Part shown: positions 18,634-28,163 of the stretch, one piece after another
Position numbering within the stretch: the first letter of the stretch is position 1
Layout: every line of letters begins with the position of its first letter
Source of the DNA: an uncultured Acidimicrobiia bacterium
GTDB lineage: Bacteria > Actinomycetota > Acidimicrobiia > Acidimicrobiales > JACDCH01
Length of the DNA stretch: 64,000 nt
Assembly: GCA_963721305.1 (NCBI GenBank)
Contig: CAVRIR010000003.1
Location: 926,511-990,510, forward strand
Reading direction: 5' to 3'
Notes under the pieces: model-generated
The model's database searches: none
Told to the model about the DNA's origin: nothing
The model's input: only the letters and a program-made list of their open reading frames with translations
Translations under genes and position numbers: made by a program

Positions 18634-19749
18634 GTGCGTTACCGGCGCATGCCGATCGAGATCGAGTCGCCCGAGCAACTCGGGTACGACTCGATCACGA
18701 ACAACCTCTCCGAGAGCTCGGTCGCGGACCGGCGGCTGCGCGACCTCGGCATCGAGATCGATGTCGAAGAGCTGCTCCTCTGCTACGGCGACCATCTCGG
18801 CGATCCCGAGCTGCGCGAGGTCATCGGGATCATCGAAGGAGTCGCGCCCTCGTCGGTGCTCGTGACACCGGGTGCGGCCGCGTCGCTGTTCTTCGCCGCC
18901 ACGTCGACGCTGGAAGCAGGTGATCACGCGCTGGTGGTGCGCACGAACTACGCGACGAACCTCGAGACCCCGCGCGCCATCGGCGCCGACCTCGAGCCGT
19001 TCGATCTGCGATTCGACGAGGCGTGGGCATTGGACATCGACCGGTTGGCGTCGCGGGTTCGGCCGGACACCAAGCTCATCAGCGTCACGTACCCGCACAA
19101 CCCGACTGGTCAAGTGATCTCGCTCGACACGGTGACCGCGCTCGTGGAGCTGGCCGATCGTTCCGGCACGACGTTGATCGTCGACGAGACCTACCGCGAC
19201 CTCGCGTACGACGTCGACGGGGACCGGTTGCCGTTGGCGGCCACGTTGTCGTCGAACGTCGTCAGCGTCTCCTCGATGTCGAAGTCCTACGGCCTGCCCG
19301 GGCTGCGCATCGGCTGGGTGGTTGCCGGTGACGGCACAACGTTCGAGCGGCTGCTCGCGGCGAAGGAGCAGGTCGTCATCTGCGGCGCGACGGTCGACGA
19401 GGCGATCGCGGCGCGTGTGCTCGCGGCGCGTGACCGCGTTCTGGCTCCGATCCGCGCCGACGTCGCCGATCGGCTGCGGATCGTGCGCGATTGGATGGCG
19501 GGCCAGTCGGTGTTCGAATGGATCGAACCGCGCGGCGGGGTCGTCGGGTTGGTGCGCGTGCGACCGGATGTCCCCTTCGAGTCATCGAAGTTCCACCACG
19601 CTCTGCTGCACGAGCACGGCACCTACGTCGGCGCAGGCCACTGGTTCGAGCTGGACGATCGCTACTTCCGGCTCGGCTTCGGTTGGCCGACCCATGACGA
19701 GCTACGGGCCGGCCTCGACGCGCTGTCGGCCGCTGCGGAGATGCTCTGA
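18634..19749 (+). CDS. PLP-dependent aminotransferase, class I/II
   Basis: In frame in ORF 18391..19749 from GTG 18634 (alternative start ATG 18649). Contains NPTG and SMSKSYGLPGLRIGW (PLP lysine motif). Confidence 0.85.
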   Translation: MRYRRMPIEIESPEQLGYDSITNNLSESSVADRRLRDLGIEIDVEELLLCYGDHLGDPELREVIGIIEGVAPSSVLVTPGAAASLFFAATSTLEAGDHALVVRTNYATNLETPRAIGADLEPFDLRFDEAWALDIDRLASRVRPDTKLISVTYPHNPTGQVISLDTVTALVELADRSGTTLIVDETYRDLAYDVDGDRLPLAATLSSNVVSVSSMSKSYGLPGLRIGWVVAGDGTTFERLLAAKEQVVICGATVDEAIAARVLAARDRVLAPIRADVADRLRIVRDWMAGQSVFEWIEPRGGVVGLVRVRPDVPFESSKFHHALLHEHGTYVGAGHWFELDDRYFRLGFGWPTHDELRAGLDALSAAAEML

Positions 19750-19752
19750 CCC

Positions 19753-20022
19753 ATGGCCGTTGCCGATCGCACTCGTCGCTCGTCGTTGTCCCTCTGGTCC
19801 GAGAACTCGTTCCTGTCCATCGGATCGAAGGGATCCGTGCTCTCGATCGGTTCGGTCGGGTCGTTCCTGTCCATCGGGTCGATCGGATCGTTCGCCTCGA
19901 TCGCTTCCGTCGCTTCTGCTGGCAGCGCCCTGTCGATCATGTCGTGGCGATCGATGCGGTCGGTGATGTCCGCACGCGCGAATCGCGGGGTGCTGCGCGG
20001 GCCGGCCGCCAGGCCTGGATGA
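19753..20022 (+). CDS. small repeat protein, Ser at every third residue (x-G-S-phi-L-S-I-G-S nonapeptide repeats); unknown function
   Basis: ORF 19753..20022 starts 3 nt after the aminotransferase stop. Sequence: MAVADRTRRSSLSLWSENSFLSIGSKGSVLSIGSVGSFLSIGSIGSFASIASVASAGSALSIMSWRSMRSVMS... Coding status is not proven. Confidence 0.45.
   Translation: MAVADRTRRSSLSLWSENSFLSIGSKGSVLSIGSVGSFLSIGSIGSFASIASVASAGSALSIMSWRSMRSVMSARANRGVLRGPAARPG
19801..19908 (+). repeat. 27-bp tandem repeat x4 (degenerating to about 19965)
   Basis: The four units encode ENSFLSIGS / KGSVLSIGS / VGSFLSIGS / IGSFASIAS. Confidence 0.8.
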
Positions 20023-20162
20023 ATCTGAGCAGGCCTGCTCGGGGTGGTCGGGCGTGTGACCCAAGGGGTTGGGGGGAGCACTGCCCGACCACTCCCCAGC
20101 GCCCCACCCTGCGGGGCGGGGTCACCGTAGTTGCCGAGAGCGCCCGATGCCGCGGCCAGCCG

Positions 20163-20669
20163 CTATTTGGTATCCGCCCAGTCCTCGGGGTTGTCCTCGA
20201 CGAAGTGTTGGAGGACGTCGCCCTTGACGCCGTCGACGAGCACGATGCCCCGCTTCGCGGGCGGCTCCTCGCTCGAGTAGAGCAGGATCCGCCAGGTCGG
20301 TCGGCTGCGCAGGCCGCGCCAGCCGAGTTGCGCCGACGCATGTCCGACGGGGAACCCGACGGTGCGGCCGGCGGCGGCGAGCGCGTCACGTTCGTCGAAG
20401 TCGAGGTCGAAGCCGGCTTGGTACGAGTAGATGCCGAACAGCATGAGCCCGATCCCGCCCCAGAGGAAACCGGCGTTGACCAGCACCGGATTGTCATTGC
20501 GGGTGAGCGCCCACAGCGCGATCGCGCCGAGGCCCATGACGCCGTACAGCACCGCCGGGATCCGCCGCCGGTTGTTGTTGGGGAACATGTAGGGCCCGAC
20601 GAAGTTGGACGCGTCGAGGTCCTCCGGGAGCTCGTCGCGGATCTCTTCGTCGGCCGCCATCCCCTTCAT
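20163..20669 (-). CDS. membrane protein, two TM helices plus a soluble C-terminal domain
   Basis: In frame in ORF 20163..21149 from ATG 20669 (MKGMAADEE...). ATGA overlap with the HIT gene stop. Confidence 0.6.
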   Translation of the reverse strand: MKGMAADEEIRDELPEDLDASNFVGPYMFPNNNRRRIPAVLYGVMGLGAIALWALTRNDNPVLVNAGFLWGGIGLMLFGIYSYQAGFDLDFDERDALAAAGRTVGFPVGHASAQLGWRGLRSRPTWRILLYSSEEPPAKRGIVLVDGVKGDVLQHFVEDNPEDWADTK

Positions 20670-21169
20670 TGTCGTGGCTCTGGCCACGCCGCACGCAATT
20701 TGCGCCAAGTGTCCGGGAGCGATTCCGGCAGGACCCGGGTCTCGGCCACCGAGGTCATGAAGTTCGAATCGGCGTCCCAGCGGGGCATGACGTGCACGTG
20801 GAGGTGGGACGGGATGCCCGCGCCCGCGGCCGCGCCGAGGTTGATCCCGACGTTGAGGCCCTGAGGTCGGTAGGCGGCCTTGATCGCCCGTACGCAGTCG
20901 GTGACGGTGGACCACAGCTCGGCATGCTCGTCGGCGGTGAGGCCCTCGAGGTCGCCGATCTCTCGGTACGGCATGACGAGGACGTGTCCGCTGATGTACG
21001 GGAAGCGGTTGAGGATGGCGAACGTGAGCGTTCCTCGCCACACGATGTGCGTCTCTTCGTCCGGCAAGCCGCTGTCGAGAATGCGAGTGAACACGTCGCC
21101 GCGGCGGGAGGTGTCCGCCGTGACCTCCTCGATGTAGGTGGCGCGCCAACCCGCCCAGAGTCGATCCAT
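20666..21169 (-). CDS. HIT family protein (Ap4A phosphorylase / GalT-like HIT)
   Basis: In frame in ORF 20666..21529 from ATG 21169 (MDRLWAGW...). Histidine triad HLHVHVMPR. Lies downstream of thrS, as in mycobacteria. Confidence 0.85.
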   Translation of the reverse strand: MDRLWAGWRATYIEEVTADTSRRGDVFTRILDSGLPDEETHIVWRGTLTFAILNRFPYISGHVLVMPYREIGDLEGLTADEHAELWSTVTDCVRAIKAAYRPQGLNVGINLGAAAGAGIPSHLHVHVMPRWDADSNFMTSVAETRVLPESLPDTWRKLRAAWPEPRQ

Positions 21170-21194
21170 CGCGCCGCGACTCACCTCGCTCACG

Positions 21195-21245
21195 AACTCC
21201 GGGGAGAAACGGGCGCCATCGCGCCCGTTTCCATCCAACATTCGC
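21195..21245 (-). repeat. REP-like 51-nt palindromic element, copy 2 (inverted orientation)
   Basis: AACTCCGGGGAGAAACGGGCGCCATCGCGCCCGTTTCCATCCAACATTCGC. Fills most of the 88-bp thrS-HIT spacer. Confidence 0.85.
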
Positions 21246-21257
21246 TCTGGAGCCGCG

Positions 21258-23219
21258 TCATACGCGGGCGGTGACGTCGGCGCGGAGGCGGTCGACGAAG
21301 GCGTCCACATGGACGTCGCGCTCGGGTCGCTCGGCGCCGCGCGCGTTGACACCGACGGTGCCGTGGTCGACGTCGTCGTCGCCGACCACGAGCACGTACG
21401 GCACCTTCTCGAGCTTCGCCTTGCGGATGCGTCCGCCCAGCGGCTCGTTCGCCTCCACGGAGTCGGCCCGGAAGCCTTCGGCCCGCAACCGATCGACGAG
21501 CCGAGTGGCGTACGCCTCGTGGTTGACACTGATGGGCAGCACGCGCGCCTGGACCGGCGCGAGCCACGCCGGGAACGCGCCGGCGTAGTGCTCGACGAGC
21601 ACGCCGAAGAACCGCTCGATCGAGCCGAACAGGGCGCGGTGGATCATGATCGGACGGTGGCGTTCGTTGTCGGCGCCGATGTACGACAGGTCGAACCGCT
21701 GCGGCTCCTGGAAGTCGAGCTGGATCGTCGACATCTGCCACGTCCGCCCGATCGCGTCGCGCGCCTGCACCGAGATCTTCGGCCCGTAGAACGCGCCGCC
21801 GCCCTCGTCCATCACCAGCTCGAGGTCCTTCGTCGACGCGGCTGCCCGCAGCGCCTCGGTCGCCTCCTCCCACTCGGCCTCGGTACCGACGGCCTTGGCC
21901 TCGGGTCGCGTCGACAGCTCGAGGTAGAAGTCGTTGAGGCCGTAGTCGCTCAGCAGGTCGAGCACGAAGGTCAGGAGCGAGCCGAGCTCGCCGGCCATCT
22001 GCTCTTTCGCGCAGAAGATGTGCGCGTCGTCCTGCGTCATGCCGCGCACCCGCGTCAGGCCGTGGACCACGCCCGACTTCTCGTAGCGGTACACCGAGCC
22101 GAACTCGAACAGCCGCACCGGCAGCTCGCGATACGACCGCAGGCGGCTGCGGTAGATCAGGATGTGGAACGGGCAGTTCATCGGCTTGAGGTAGTACCGC
22201 TGCCCTTCGTCGAGCTCCATCGGCGGGAACATCCCGTCCGCGAACCAGTCGAGGTGACCCGACGTCTCGAACAGTTCCTGCTTCGAGATGTGCGGTGTGT
22301 TCACGAAGTCGTACCCGGCGGCGATGTGGCGCTGGCGGGAGTAGTCCTCCATCAACATGCGCACGAGCCCGCCCTTGGGGTGGAAGACCGCGAGCCCCGA
22401 GCCGATCTCGTCCGGGAAGCTGAACAGGTCGAGCTCGACACCGAGCTTGCGGTGATCGCGCTTTGCCGCTTCCTCGAGCCGGTGCAGATGCGCGTCGAGA
22501 TCGGCCTTGGTCGCCCAGGCCGTGCCGTAGATGCGTTGGAGCTGCGGGTTCTTCTCGTCGCCGCGCCAGTACGCGCCCGCGACGCGCATCAGCTTGAAGT
22601 GACCGAGATGGCGGCCGGTGTGCTCGACGTGGGGCCCCCGGCACAGGTCGATGAACCGCGGCGGGTTCTCGTAGGTGCGCACGAGCCCCGACTCCGTCGC
22701 CGACATCGGATCAGTCGACGCGTCGGCGATGATCTCGAGCTTGTACTTGTGATCCTTGAAGATCGCGCGCGCCTTGTCAGCCTCGATCTCGTCGCGGACG
22801 AACGGTTGCTCTTCCTTCATGATCTCTCGCATGCGCGCTTCGATCCGCGGCAAGTCGTCCTCGGTGAAGTGCCGGCCGTCAGGCAGCTCGAAGTCGTAGT
22901 AGAAGCCGTCTTCGATCGGCGGGCCGATGCCGAACGTCGCACCAGGGAACAGGTCGAGCACCGCCTGCGCGAGCACGTGCGCGGTCGAGTGCCGGATCGT
23001 GTAGAGACCCCGGTCGTCGCGGTCGGTGACGATCGCGACCTCGTCACCGTCTTCGAGCGGCCACACGAGATCGCGCTCGGTGCCGTTGACCTTGGCGATG
23101 ACCGCCGCCTTGCGAAGGTTGCGGCCGATGCCGGCAGCCAGATCACCGGCGGTGGTCCCGGTGGCGACGCTTCGCGTCGAGCCATCGGGCAACCGGATCG
23201 TGATCTCTTCGCTGGCCAT
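21258..23219 (-). CDS. thrS: threonine--tRNA ligase
   Basis: ORF 21258..23219. TGS domain at the N-terminus, HSTAHVLA editing motif, and class II core (FRYE...[14 protein letters not shown]). Confidence 0.95.
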   Translation of the reverse strand: MASEEITIRLPDGSTRSVATGTTAGDLAAGIGRNLRKAAVIAKVNGTERDLVWPLEDGDEVAIVTDRDDRGLYTIRHSTAHVLAQAVLDLFPGATFGIGPPIEDGFYYDFELPDGRHFTEDDLPRIEARMREIMKEEQPFVRDEIEADKARAIFKDHKYKLEIIADASTDPMSATESGLVRTYENPPRFIDLCRGPHVEHTGRHLGHFKLMRVAGAYWRGDEKNPQLQRIYGTAWATKADLDAHLHRLEEAAKRDHRKLGVELDLFSFPDEIGSGLAVFHPKGGLVRMLMEDYSRQRHIAAGYDFVNTPHISKQELFETSGHLDWFADGMFPPMELDEGQRYYLKPMNCPFHILIYRSRLRSYRELPVRLFEFGSVYRYEKSGVVHGLTRVRGMTQDDAHIFCAKEQMAGELGSLLTFVLDLLSDYGLNDFYLELSTRPEAKAVGTEAEWEEATEALRAAASTKDLELVMDEGGGAFYGPKISVQARDAIGRTWQMSTIQLDFQEPQRFDLSYIGADNERHRPIMIHRALFGSIERFFGVLVEHYAGAFPAWLAPVQARVLPISVNHEAYATRLVDRLRAEGFRADSVEANEPLGGRIRKAKLEKVPYVLVVGDDDVDHGTVGVNARGAERPERDVHVDAFVDRLRADVTARV

Positions 23220-23228
23220 CTCTCGACG

Positions 23229-24057
23229 TTAGTGAGCGGCCGGCACCGCTCCTTGCCGATTCAGCACGTCCGCTGACGATCGTCGCACGGGCTTCGACTC
23301 GGGGACCGGCTCGTCGTCTCTCAGGTTGATCGACGGCATCGTGGCGACGTCGGCGGGTATCGCGTCCGGCTTCCTCGTCGCGTAGGTGTCGACGTACTCC
23401 TGCCCCGACAGGTTGCGGATCTCGAACATCACCTCGTCGGTGAGTTGGCGAAGCGTGATGTGTTCGTCGGCGCGGTCCTGATAGCGGGCGACATCGATCG
23501 GACGGCCGAAGTGGATCGAGCACGCCTTGAACGGCTTCGGCACCTTCGCTTCCGGTGGCTGGATGTCGCGCATCCCTCGCAGCCCCACCGGGACCAGTGG
23601 CGCACCGGTGCGCAGCGCGAGCCGCGCGGGACCGGTGTGCCCCTTGTGCAGGACGCCGTCGCGCGAACGAGTGCCCTCGGGAAAGATGCCGAACAGCTCC
23701 CCCCGCTCGAGCACGCGCGTCGCGGCGTTCAGCGCGCGGTCGCTCGCACTACCGCCGGACCGGTCGAGGGGGATCATGCCGATCGCCGGGAAGAGGTACT
23801 TCGTCTTCCAGTCGTCCATGTACTCGGCCTTGCCGACGTACGTGATGCGCCGTGGCAACACCAACGGCAGGAACACCGAGTCGATGAACGACGTGTGATT
23901 GGGGCACAGGATCGCGGGACCGTCGTCCGGCACGTGGTCGAGTCCCGTCGACCTGGACGCGCCAACCGAATCGCAGCACCGGTGTCAGCATCGCCTTCGC
24001 GATGTGGAAGAACTGCCCGACGTTGACTTCGTCGTCGCGCTCGGGATCGCCAGCCAC
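23229..24057 (-). pseudogene. plsC: 1-acyl-sn-glycerol-3-phosphate acyltransferase (PlsC-like), apparent +1 frameshift near 23943
   Basis: The body is ORF 23229..23933, with NHTSFIDS (HX4D) and FPEGTRS. The N-terminus (MAGDPERDDEVNVGQFFHIAKAMLTPVLRFGWRVQVDG) is in the frame of ORF 23749..24057. Deleting the A in GGGACTCGAC restores ...VQVDGLDHVPDDGPAILCPNHTSF. Confidence 0.7.
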
Positions 24058-24114
24058 GTTCGGAGTCTTTCACCCAGAACGGCGTCGATGTAGACGCGAT
24101 CGAGGCGATCTTCG

Positions 24115-25242
24115 TCAGGTCGCGAGGTCGACGCCGAGCAGCGCCGCCGCGGCGCCGACACCCTTTCCTGCGGCAGCCGCGCGGTCGATGGCGATGACAG
24201 CGCGTGGCGTGCCGAGGTCGTCGTCGAGCGCGGCGCGTACTTCATCAAGCGCGCCCTCGCCGGCGCCCGCGACGCGCCACCGTTCGAGACGCTCGCCGGC
24301 GCGCGGCATGCGCGAGTCGTCCCATTCCCACGCCGTTCGGTAGTGGTTCTCGACGATCATCAGCCGTACGGCGGGCGCGTCCCACTGCTTGAGCAGGTCC
24401 GAGATGAAGACCAGGTTGCCGAGCGACTTGGACATCTTCTGTCCGTCCATCCGCACCATCGCCTGATGCATCCAGTGCCGCACGAAAGGCTCGCCGGTCG
24501 CGGCCTCGGACTGGGCTCGCTCGCATTCGTGGTGCGGGAAGATCAGGTCCGCTCCCCCGCCGTGCAGGTCGATGGTGGTGCCGAGCTCGCGCAACGCCAG
24601 CGCGGAGCACTCGATGTGCCAGCCCGGCCGGCCGGGCCCCCACAGCGACTCCCATGACGGCTCGTCGTCGAGCGACGGCTGCCAGAGCACGAAGTCGAGC
24701 GGATTGCGCTTGTGGGGGTCGTCGACGTTGCCGCCCCGCTCGGCCGCGTACTCGAGCATCTCCTGCTGCGAGTAGTGCGAAATGCTGCCGAACTCGGGGA
24801 ACGTCGAGATGTCGAAGTAGACCGAGCCGCCGGCGGTGTACGCATGCCCGCGGTCGAGCACCATGCCGATGAACCCGCGGATGTCGGGAATGGCCGAGGT
24901 GGCGCGCGGCTCGCTCCAGCACGGCAGCACGTCGAGGGCGACCATGTCGGCGTCGAACCGGGCGGTCTCGGCCGCCGCGAGGTCGAGGTAGTGCACGCCG
25001 AGCGAGCGAGCCTTCTCGAGGATCGAGTCGTCCACGTCGGTCACGTTGCGCACGCACTTGGTGTCGTGTCCGAGATCGCGCAGGCGGCGCTGCAGCACGT
25101 CGTAGGTCACGTAGACCGCCGCGTGGCCGAGATGGGTGGCGTCGTACGGCGTGATGCCGCACGTGTACATGGTGACGACCGGGCCAGGCTCGAACGGCAC
25201 GACCGCTTGGCGGGCGGTGTCGTAAAGACGCATCGGGCTCAC
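24115..25242 (-). CDS. mshC: cysteine ligase of the CysS family lacking an anticodon-binding domain; most likely mycothiol ligase MshC
   Basis: ORF 24115..25242. HIGH-like motif (ATHLGHAAVY) and KMSKS are present. Length about 375 aa, with a C-terminus of the ...LDDDLGTP type, as in MshC. Confidence 0.75.
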   Translation of the reverse strand: MSPMRLYDTARQAVVPFEPGPVVTMYTCGITPYDATHLGHAAVYVTYDVLQRRLRDLGHDTKCVRNVTDVDDSILEKARSLGVHYLDLAAAETARFDADMVALDVLPCWSEPRATSAIPDIRGFIGMVLDRGHAYTAGGSVYFDISTFPEFGSISHYSQQEMLEYAAERGGNVDDPHKRNPLDFVLWQPSLDDEPSWESLWGPGRPGWHIECSALALRELGTTIDLHGGGADLIFPHHECERAQSEAATGEPFVRHWMHQAMVRMDGQKMSKSLGNLVFISDLLKQWDAPAVRLMIVENHYRTAWEWDDSRMPRAGERLERWRVAGAGEGALDEVRAALDDDLGTPRAVIAIDRAAAAGKGVGAAAALLGVDLAT

Positions 25243-25276
25243 GGTCGCCTGACTCCGGGACGCCTCACGCCAGGTC

Positions 25277-25951
25277 TCACTCCGGCGGAGGAGCCGACTC
25301 CGGGATGCCCGTGAACGTCACCGCCACCCGCGTCTTGTAGTGCACGTTGAGCTGGAGCAGCACCGCGGTGAACGACTCGATCGGCGTTGCCAACGACAGA
25401 CCGCCCGCGTCGAGGGGCCGCATGTTCGGGATCTTGGAGACGATCTCGGCGGTGGCGTCGGTGGCGCGGCGGTGATCCGAGCAGATGAGCACGTCGCTCA
25501 CGATCGGATGGTCGAGGTCGCCCAGCTCCTTGGCGGGAACGTGGTGGAAGGCCGCCGCCACCTGGCAGTGCGGCACGGCGGCCTGCACGCTCGCGGCCAC
25601 CGAACCGCGGGGCGGCACCAGCGGCTGGAACTCCTTGCCGATCCGCGTGAGGGCGTTGGCCATGGAGATCACGACCTTGCCCCGCAGCAGGTGCTCGACC
25701 GATGTGGCGGTCTGCGTCGCGCCGTCCCACGGTGTGGCGATCACCACGAGATCGGTGTCGGCGGCCGTCTCGTTGTCGCCGGCGGCGATCACGAGGCGGC
25801 GCTCGCGCCACTGTTCGTGGAGCTCGTCGACCTTCTCCATCGCCCGATACTTCGACCGCGACCCGATCACGACGTCGAAACCGGCGACGGCGAGACGGCA
25901 AGCGAGGGCGCTACCGGCTGGCCCGGTGCCCCCCAGGATTCCAATCCGCAC
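25277..25951 (-). CDS. npdG: NADPH-dependent F420 reductase
   Basis: ORF 25277..25951 with a GTG start. Rossmann motif ILGGTGPAG. Size and sequence resemble NpdG/FNO. Confidence 0.8.
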   Translation of the reverse strand: MRIGILGGTGPAGSALACRLAVAGFDVVIGSRSKYRAMEKVDELHEQWRERRLVIAAGDNETAADTDLVVIATPWDGATQTATSVEHLLRGKVVISMANALTRIGKEFQPLVPPRGSVAASVQAAVPHCQVAAAFHHVPAKELGDLDHPIVSDVLICSDHRRATDATAEIVSKIPNMRPLDAGGLSLATPIESFTAVLLQLNVHYKTRVAVTFTGIPESAPPPE

Positions 25952-26010
25952 CGGATCAGATTAGGGGGAAGGCCGTAACGTCCTGCCATTCGGAACGAGT
26001 CGGAGGCTCA

Positions 26011-26784
26011 ATGGGACTGCTCGATGGCAAGCGCATCCTCGTCACCGGGGTGCTGACCGACGACTCGCTGGCGTTCGCCGTCGCCCGCATCGCCCAGGAA
26101 CAGGGAGCCGAGGTCGTCCTCACCGGCGCCGGGCGCGGGATGGGACTGACCACGCGGGTCGCCCGCCGACTGCCCACCGAGCCCGAGGTGCTCGAGCTCG
26201 ACGTGACGGTGCCGGAGCAGGCGGACGGGGTGCGCGAGCGGCTCGCCGAGAAGTGGGGGGCGGTCGACGGCGCGCTGCACGCGATCGGGTTCGCGCCGCC
26301 CTCTTGTCTCGGCGGCGGGTTCCTGGAGGCGCCGTGGGAGGACGTGTCGATCGCGCTGCAGATCTCGGCCTACTCGTTGAAGACGCTGGCAGGGGTGGTC
26401 GTACCCCTGATGGAGGACGGTGGGTCGATCGTCGGGCTCGATTTCGACAACAGCACCCAGGCCTGGCCCGCGTACGACTGGATGGGCGTGGCGAAAGCCG
26501 CGCTCGAATCCTGCTCGCGCTACCTCGCGAAGGAACTCGGGCCGCGCGGCATCCGGGTCAACCTCGTCGCTGCCGGACCTATCAAGACCGTCGCCGCCCG
26601 CTCGATCTCCGGGTTCTCGAGGTTCGAGGACGTGTGGGACGACCGCGCGCCGCTCGGTTGGAACGTCAAGGGCGACCACGAAGCGGTCGGCCGCGCCTGC
26701 GTCGCCCTCCTGTCGGACTGGTTCCCGAAGACCACCGGCGAGCTCATCCACGTCGACGGCGGCTTCCACGCCGTCGGCGCGTGA
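26011..26784 (+). CDS. fabI: enoyl-[acyl-carrier-protein] reductase (NADH), InhA/FabI type
   Basis: In frame in ORF 25702..26784 from ATG 26011 (MGLLDGKRILVTGV...). Contains the Y..M..AK catalytic motif (YDWMGVAKAALE). Confidence 0.9.
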   Translation: MGLLDGKRILVTGVLTDDSLAFAVARIAQEQGAEVVLTGAGRGMGLTTRVARRLPTEPEVLELDVTVPEQADGVRERLAEKWGAVDGALHAIGFAPPSCLGGGFLEAPWEDVSIALQISAYSLKTLAGVVVPLMEDGGSIVGLDFDNSTQAWPAYDWMGVAKAALESCSRYLAKELGPRGIRVNLVAAGPIKTVAARSISGFSRFEDVWDDRAPLGWNVKGDHEAVGRACVALLSDWFPKTTGELIHVDGGFHAVGA

Positions 26785-26791
26785 CTCGCCA

Positions 26792-26842
26792 GCGAATGTT
26801 GGATGGAAACGGGCGCTATGGCGCCCGTTTCTCCCCGGAGTT
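26792..26842 (+). repeat. REP-like 51-nt palindromic element, copy 3
   Basis: GCGAATGTTGGATGGAAACGGGCGCTATGGCGCCCGTTTCTCCCCGGAGTT. Lies between convergent fabI and the DUF6285-like gene. Confidence 0.85.
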
Positions 26843-27182
26843 GGCGCCGTACTTGGGGTTCGCGATCGGTGAGCTTGTCGTCGACGCCAGCCTTGACGGC
26901 AGCCTTGACCTCGTCGTAACGGTCGTCGAGGTCGCCGCGGCGGATCGCGGCGGCGAGCTCCGCGTCGTCGTCGAAGCCGAGCGCGTGCAGGCGCTCGAGG
27001 TGCGTGGCCTCCTGTTGCGGGCCGAGCTCGAGCTCGCGCTGCACCATGTTGAGGACGTTCACCGCGACGCGGGTGTGGAACTGCACCCTTCCCTCCGTCG
27101 CCGACATGACGTCGCGCTCGAGGAACTCGCGCACTGCCTCGACCAGCTCGGCCGCGGTCGGGCGATCGTGGGGCGCGGTCAC
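26816..27182 (-). pseudogene. DUF6285-like small protein, apparent +1 frameshift near 26867
   Basis: GTG 27182 overlaps the stop of the upstream kinase-like gene (GTGA). Sequence: VTAPHDRPTAAELVEAVREFLE... As written, the frame runs on antisense through fabI to 26520. Deleting the G in ACCGATCGCG gives ...DKLTIANPKYGANSGEKRAP*, which restores the family-typical KL.(I/V)ANP.Y ending (recollection). The stop is then the TAG in the loop of REP copy 3. Confidence 0.55.
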
Positions 27183-28141
27183 GGCAGCAGCTCCAACAGG
27201 TCGTGCTCGTTCTCGCACACACGGCGGCCGATGGCGGCCAGCTCGACCGAGCGGCTGAAGCCCAGCAGGTGGGATGACGCCTGCATGATGCAGATGACGC
27301 CCCACTTCAACGTGCCGAAGGTCTCCCACCAGCGCACGACGTCGGGATCGACTTCCGTCCCCGACGCCGACGAGTAGGCATCGAACAGGTCCTCATAGTC
27401 ACCGACCCCACCCACCGGCTTCGACGCCCCGAACCGCCACGCCCGGACGCACAGCCAGCCGAGGTCCTCGAGCGGGTCACCGATGTGCGCGATCTCCCAG
27501 TCGAGCACGGCGCGCAAGCCGTCCGTGCCGACGATGAGGTTGCCGAGGCGGAAGTCGCCGTGCACGACGGTCGTGCGCTCGGGCGGTGGACGATTCTGGT
27601 CGAGCCAGCGCAGGCCGAGCTCGATCGCGGGATGGGGCTCGCCAAGGGTGTCGAGGATGGACCGGTACTGGTCGACCGGGTCGTGCTGCTCGAGTCCCGG
27701 CGCAGCATCCACGGGGATCCGATGGATCGCGGCGAGCGCTTCACCGAGCTGGCCGGCGAGCTTCGACCGTGCTGCGGCGTACTCGTCGTCGCGGAGGATC
27801 TTGCGCGCGATCGTCTCGCCCTCGACGCGGCGGGTGACGAGGAACGCGGCGCCGAGCGGCGAATCCCGATCGCCCGAGACGATCAGCTCGGGCACCGGTA
27901 CGCCGCCCTTCCATGCTTCGCGCAGCAGGGCCGCTTCCATCTCGATGCCGCCGCCCGAGGTCATCCTCGCTCCGGGCCGCTGGCGTTGCAGCACCATCGG
28001 CTCGCGTTCGCCCCCGCGGCGCACGGCGTCGAAGGCATACGTCTCCCGCGACGCGCCGCCCGACAAGCGGACGAGCCCCTCGACGTCACACCCCAGCACC
28101 ACGGCAAGACCGTCGGCCACCGGTGTTTCTGCGTGATCCAT
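27179..28141 (-). CDS. phosphotransferase (APH/choline-kinase fold) family protein
   Basis: In frame in ORF 27179..28555 from ATG 28141 (MDHAETP...). Catalytic loop HGDFRLGNL and DWE motif are present. Confidence 0.8.
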   Translation of the reverse strand: MDHAETPVADGLAVVLGCDVEGLVRLSGGASRETYAFDAVRRGGEREPMVLQRQRPGARMTSGGGIEMEAALLREAWKGGVPVPELIVSGDRDSPLGAAFLVTRRVEGETIARKILRDDEYAAARSKLAGQLGEALAAIHRIPVDAAPGLEQHDPVDQYRSILDTLGEPHPAIELGLRWLDQNRPPPERTTVVHGDFRLGNLIVGTDGLRAVLDWEIAHIGDPLEDLGWLCVRAWRFGASKPVGGVGDYEDLFDAYSSASGTEVDPDVVRWWETFGTLKWGVICIMQASSHLLGFSRSVELAAIGRRVCENEHDLLELLP

Positions 28142-28163
28142 GGACTCCGTCACCGCGGCGTCG

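Noticed and set aside
19801-19908. Tandem repeats (27-bp x4 here; 12-bp x4 at 33718..33765) considered as a CRISPR or VNTR.
   Set aside because: There are no unique spacers between units. Both repeats are in frame within ORFs and encode peptide repeats, so they are not CRISPR arrays.
20023-20162. Several GC-rich hairpins (GAGCAGGCCTGCTC; GGGGTGGTCGGGC...GCCCGACCACTCCCC; GCCCCACCC...GGGGCGGGG) between convergent genes.
   Set aside because: They are plausibly bidirectional terminators but lack U-runs and any conserved repeat character. They are too generic in this GC context to call individually.
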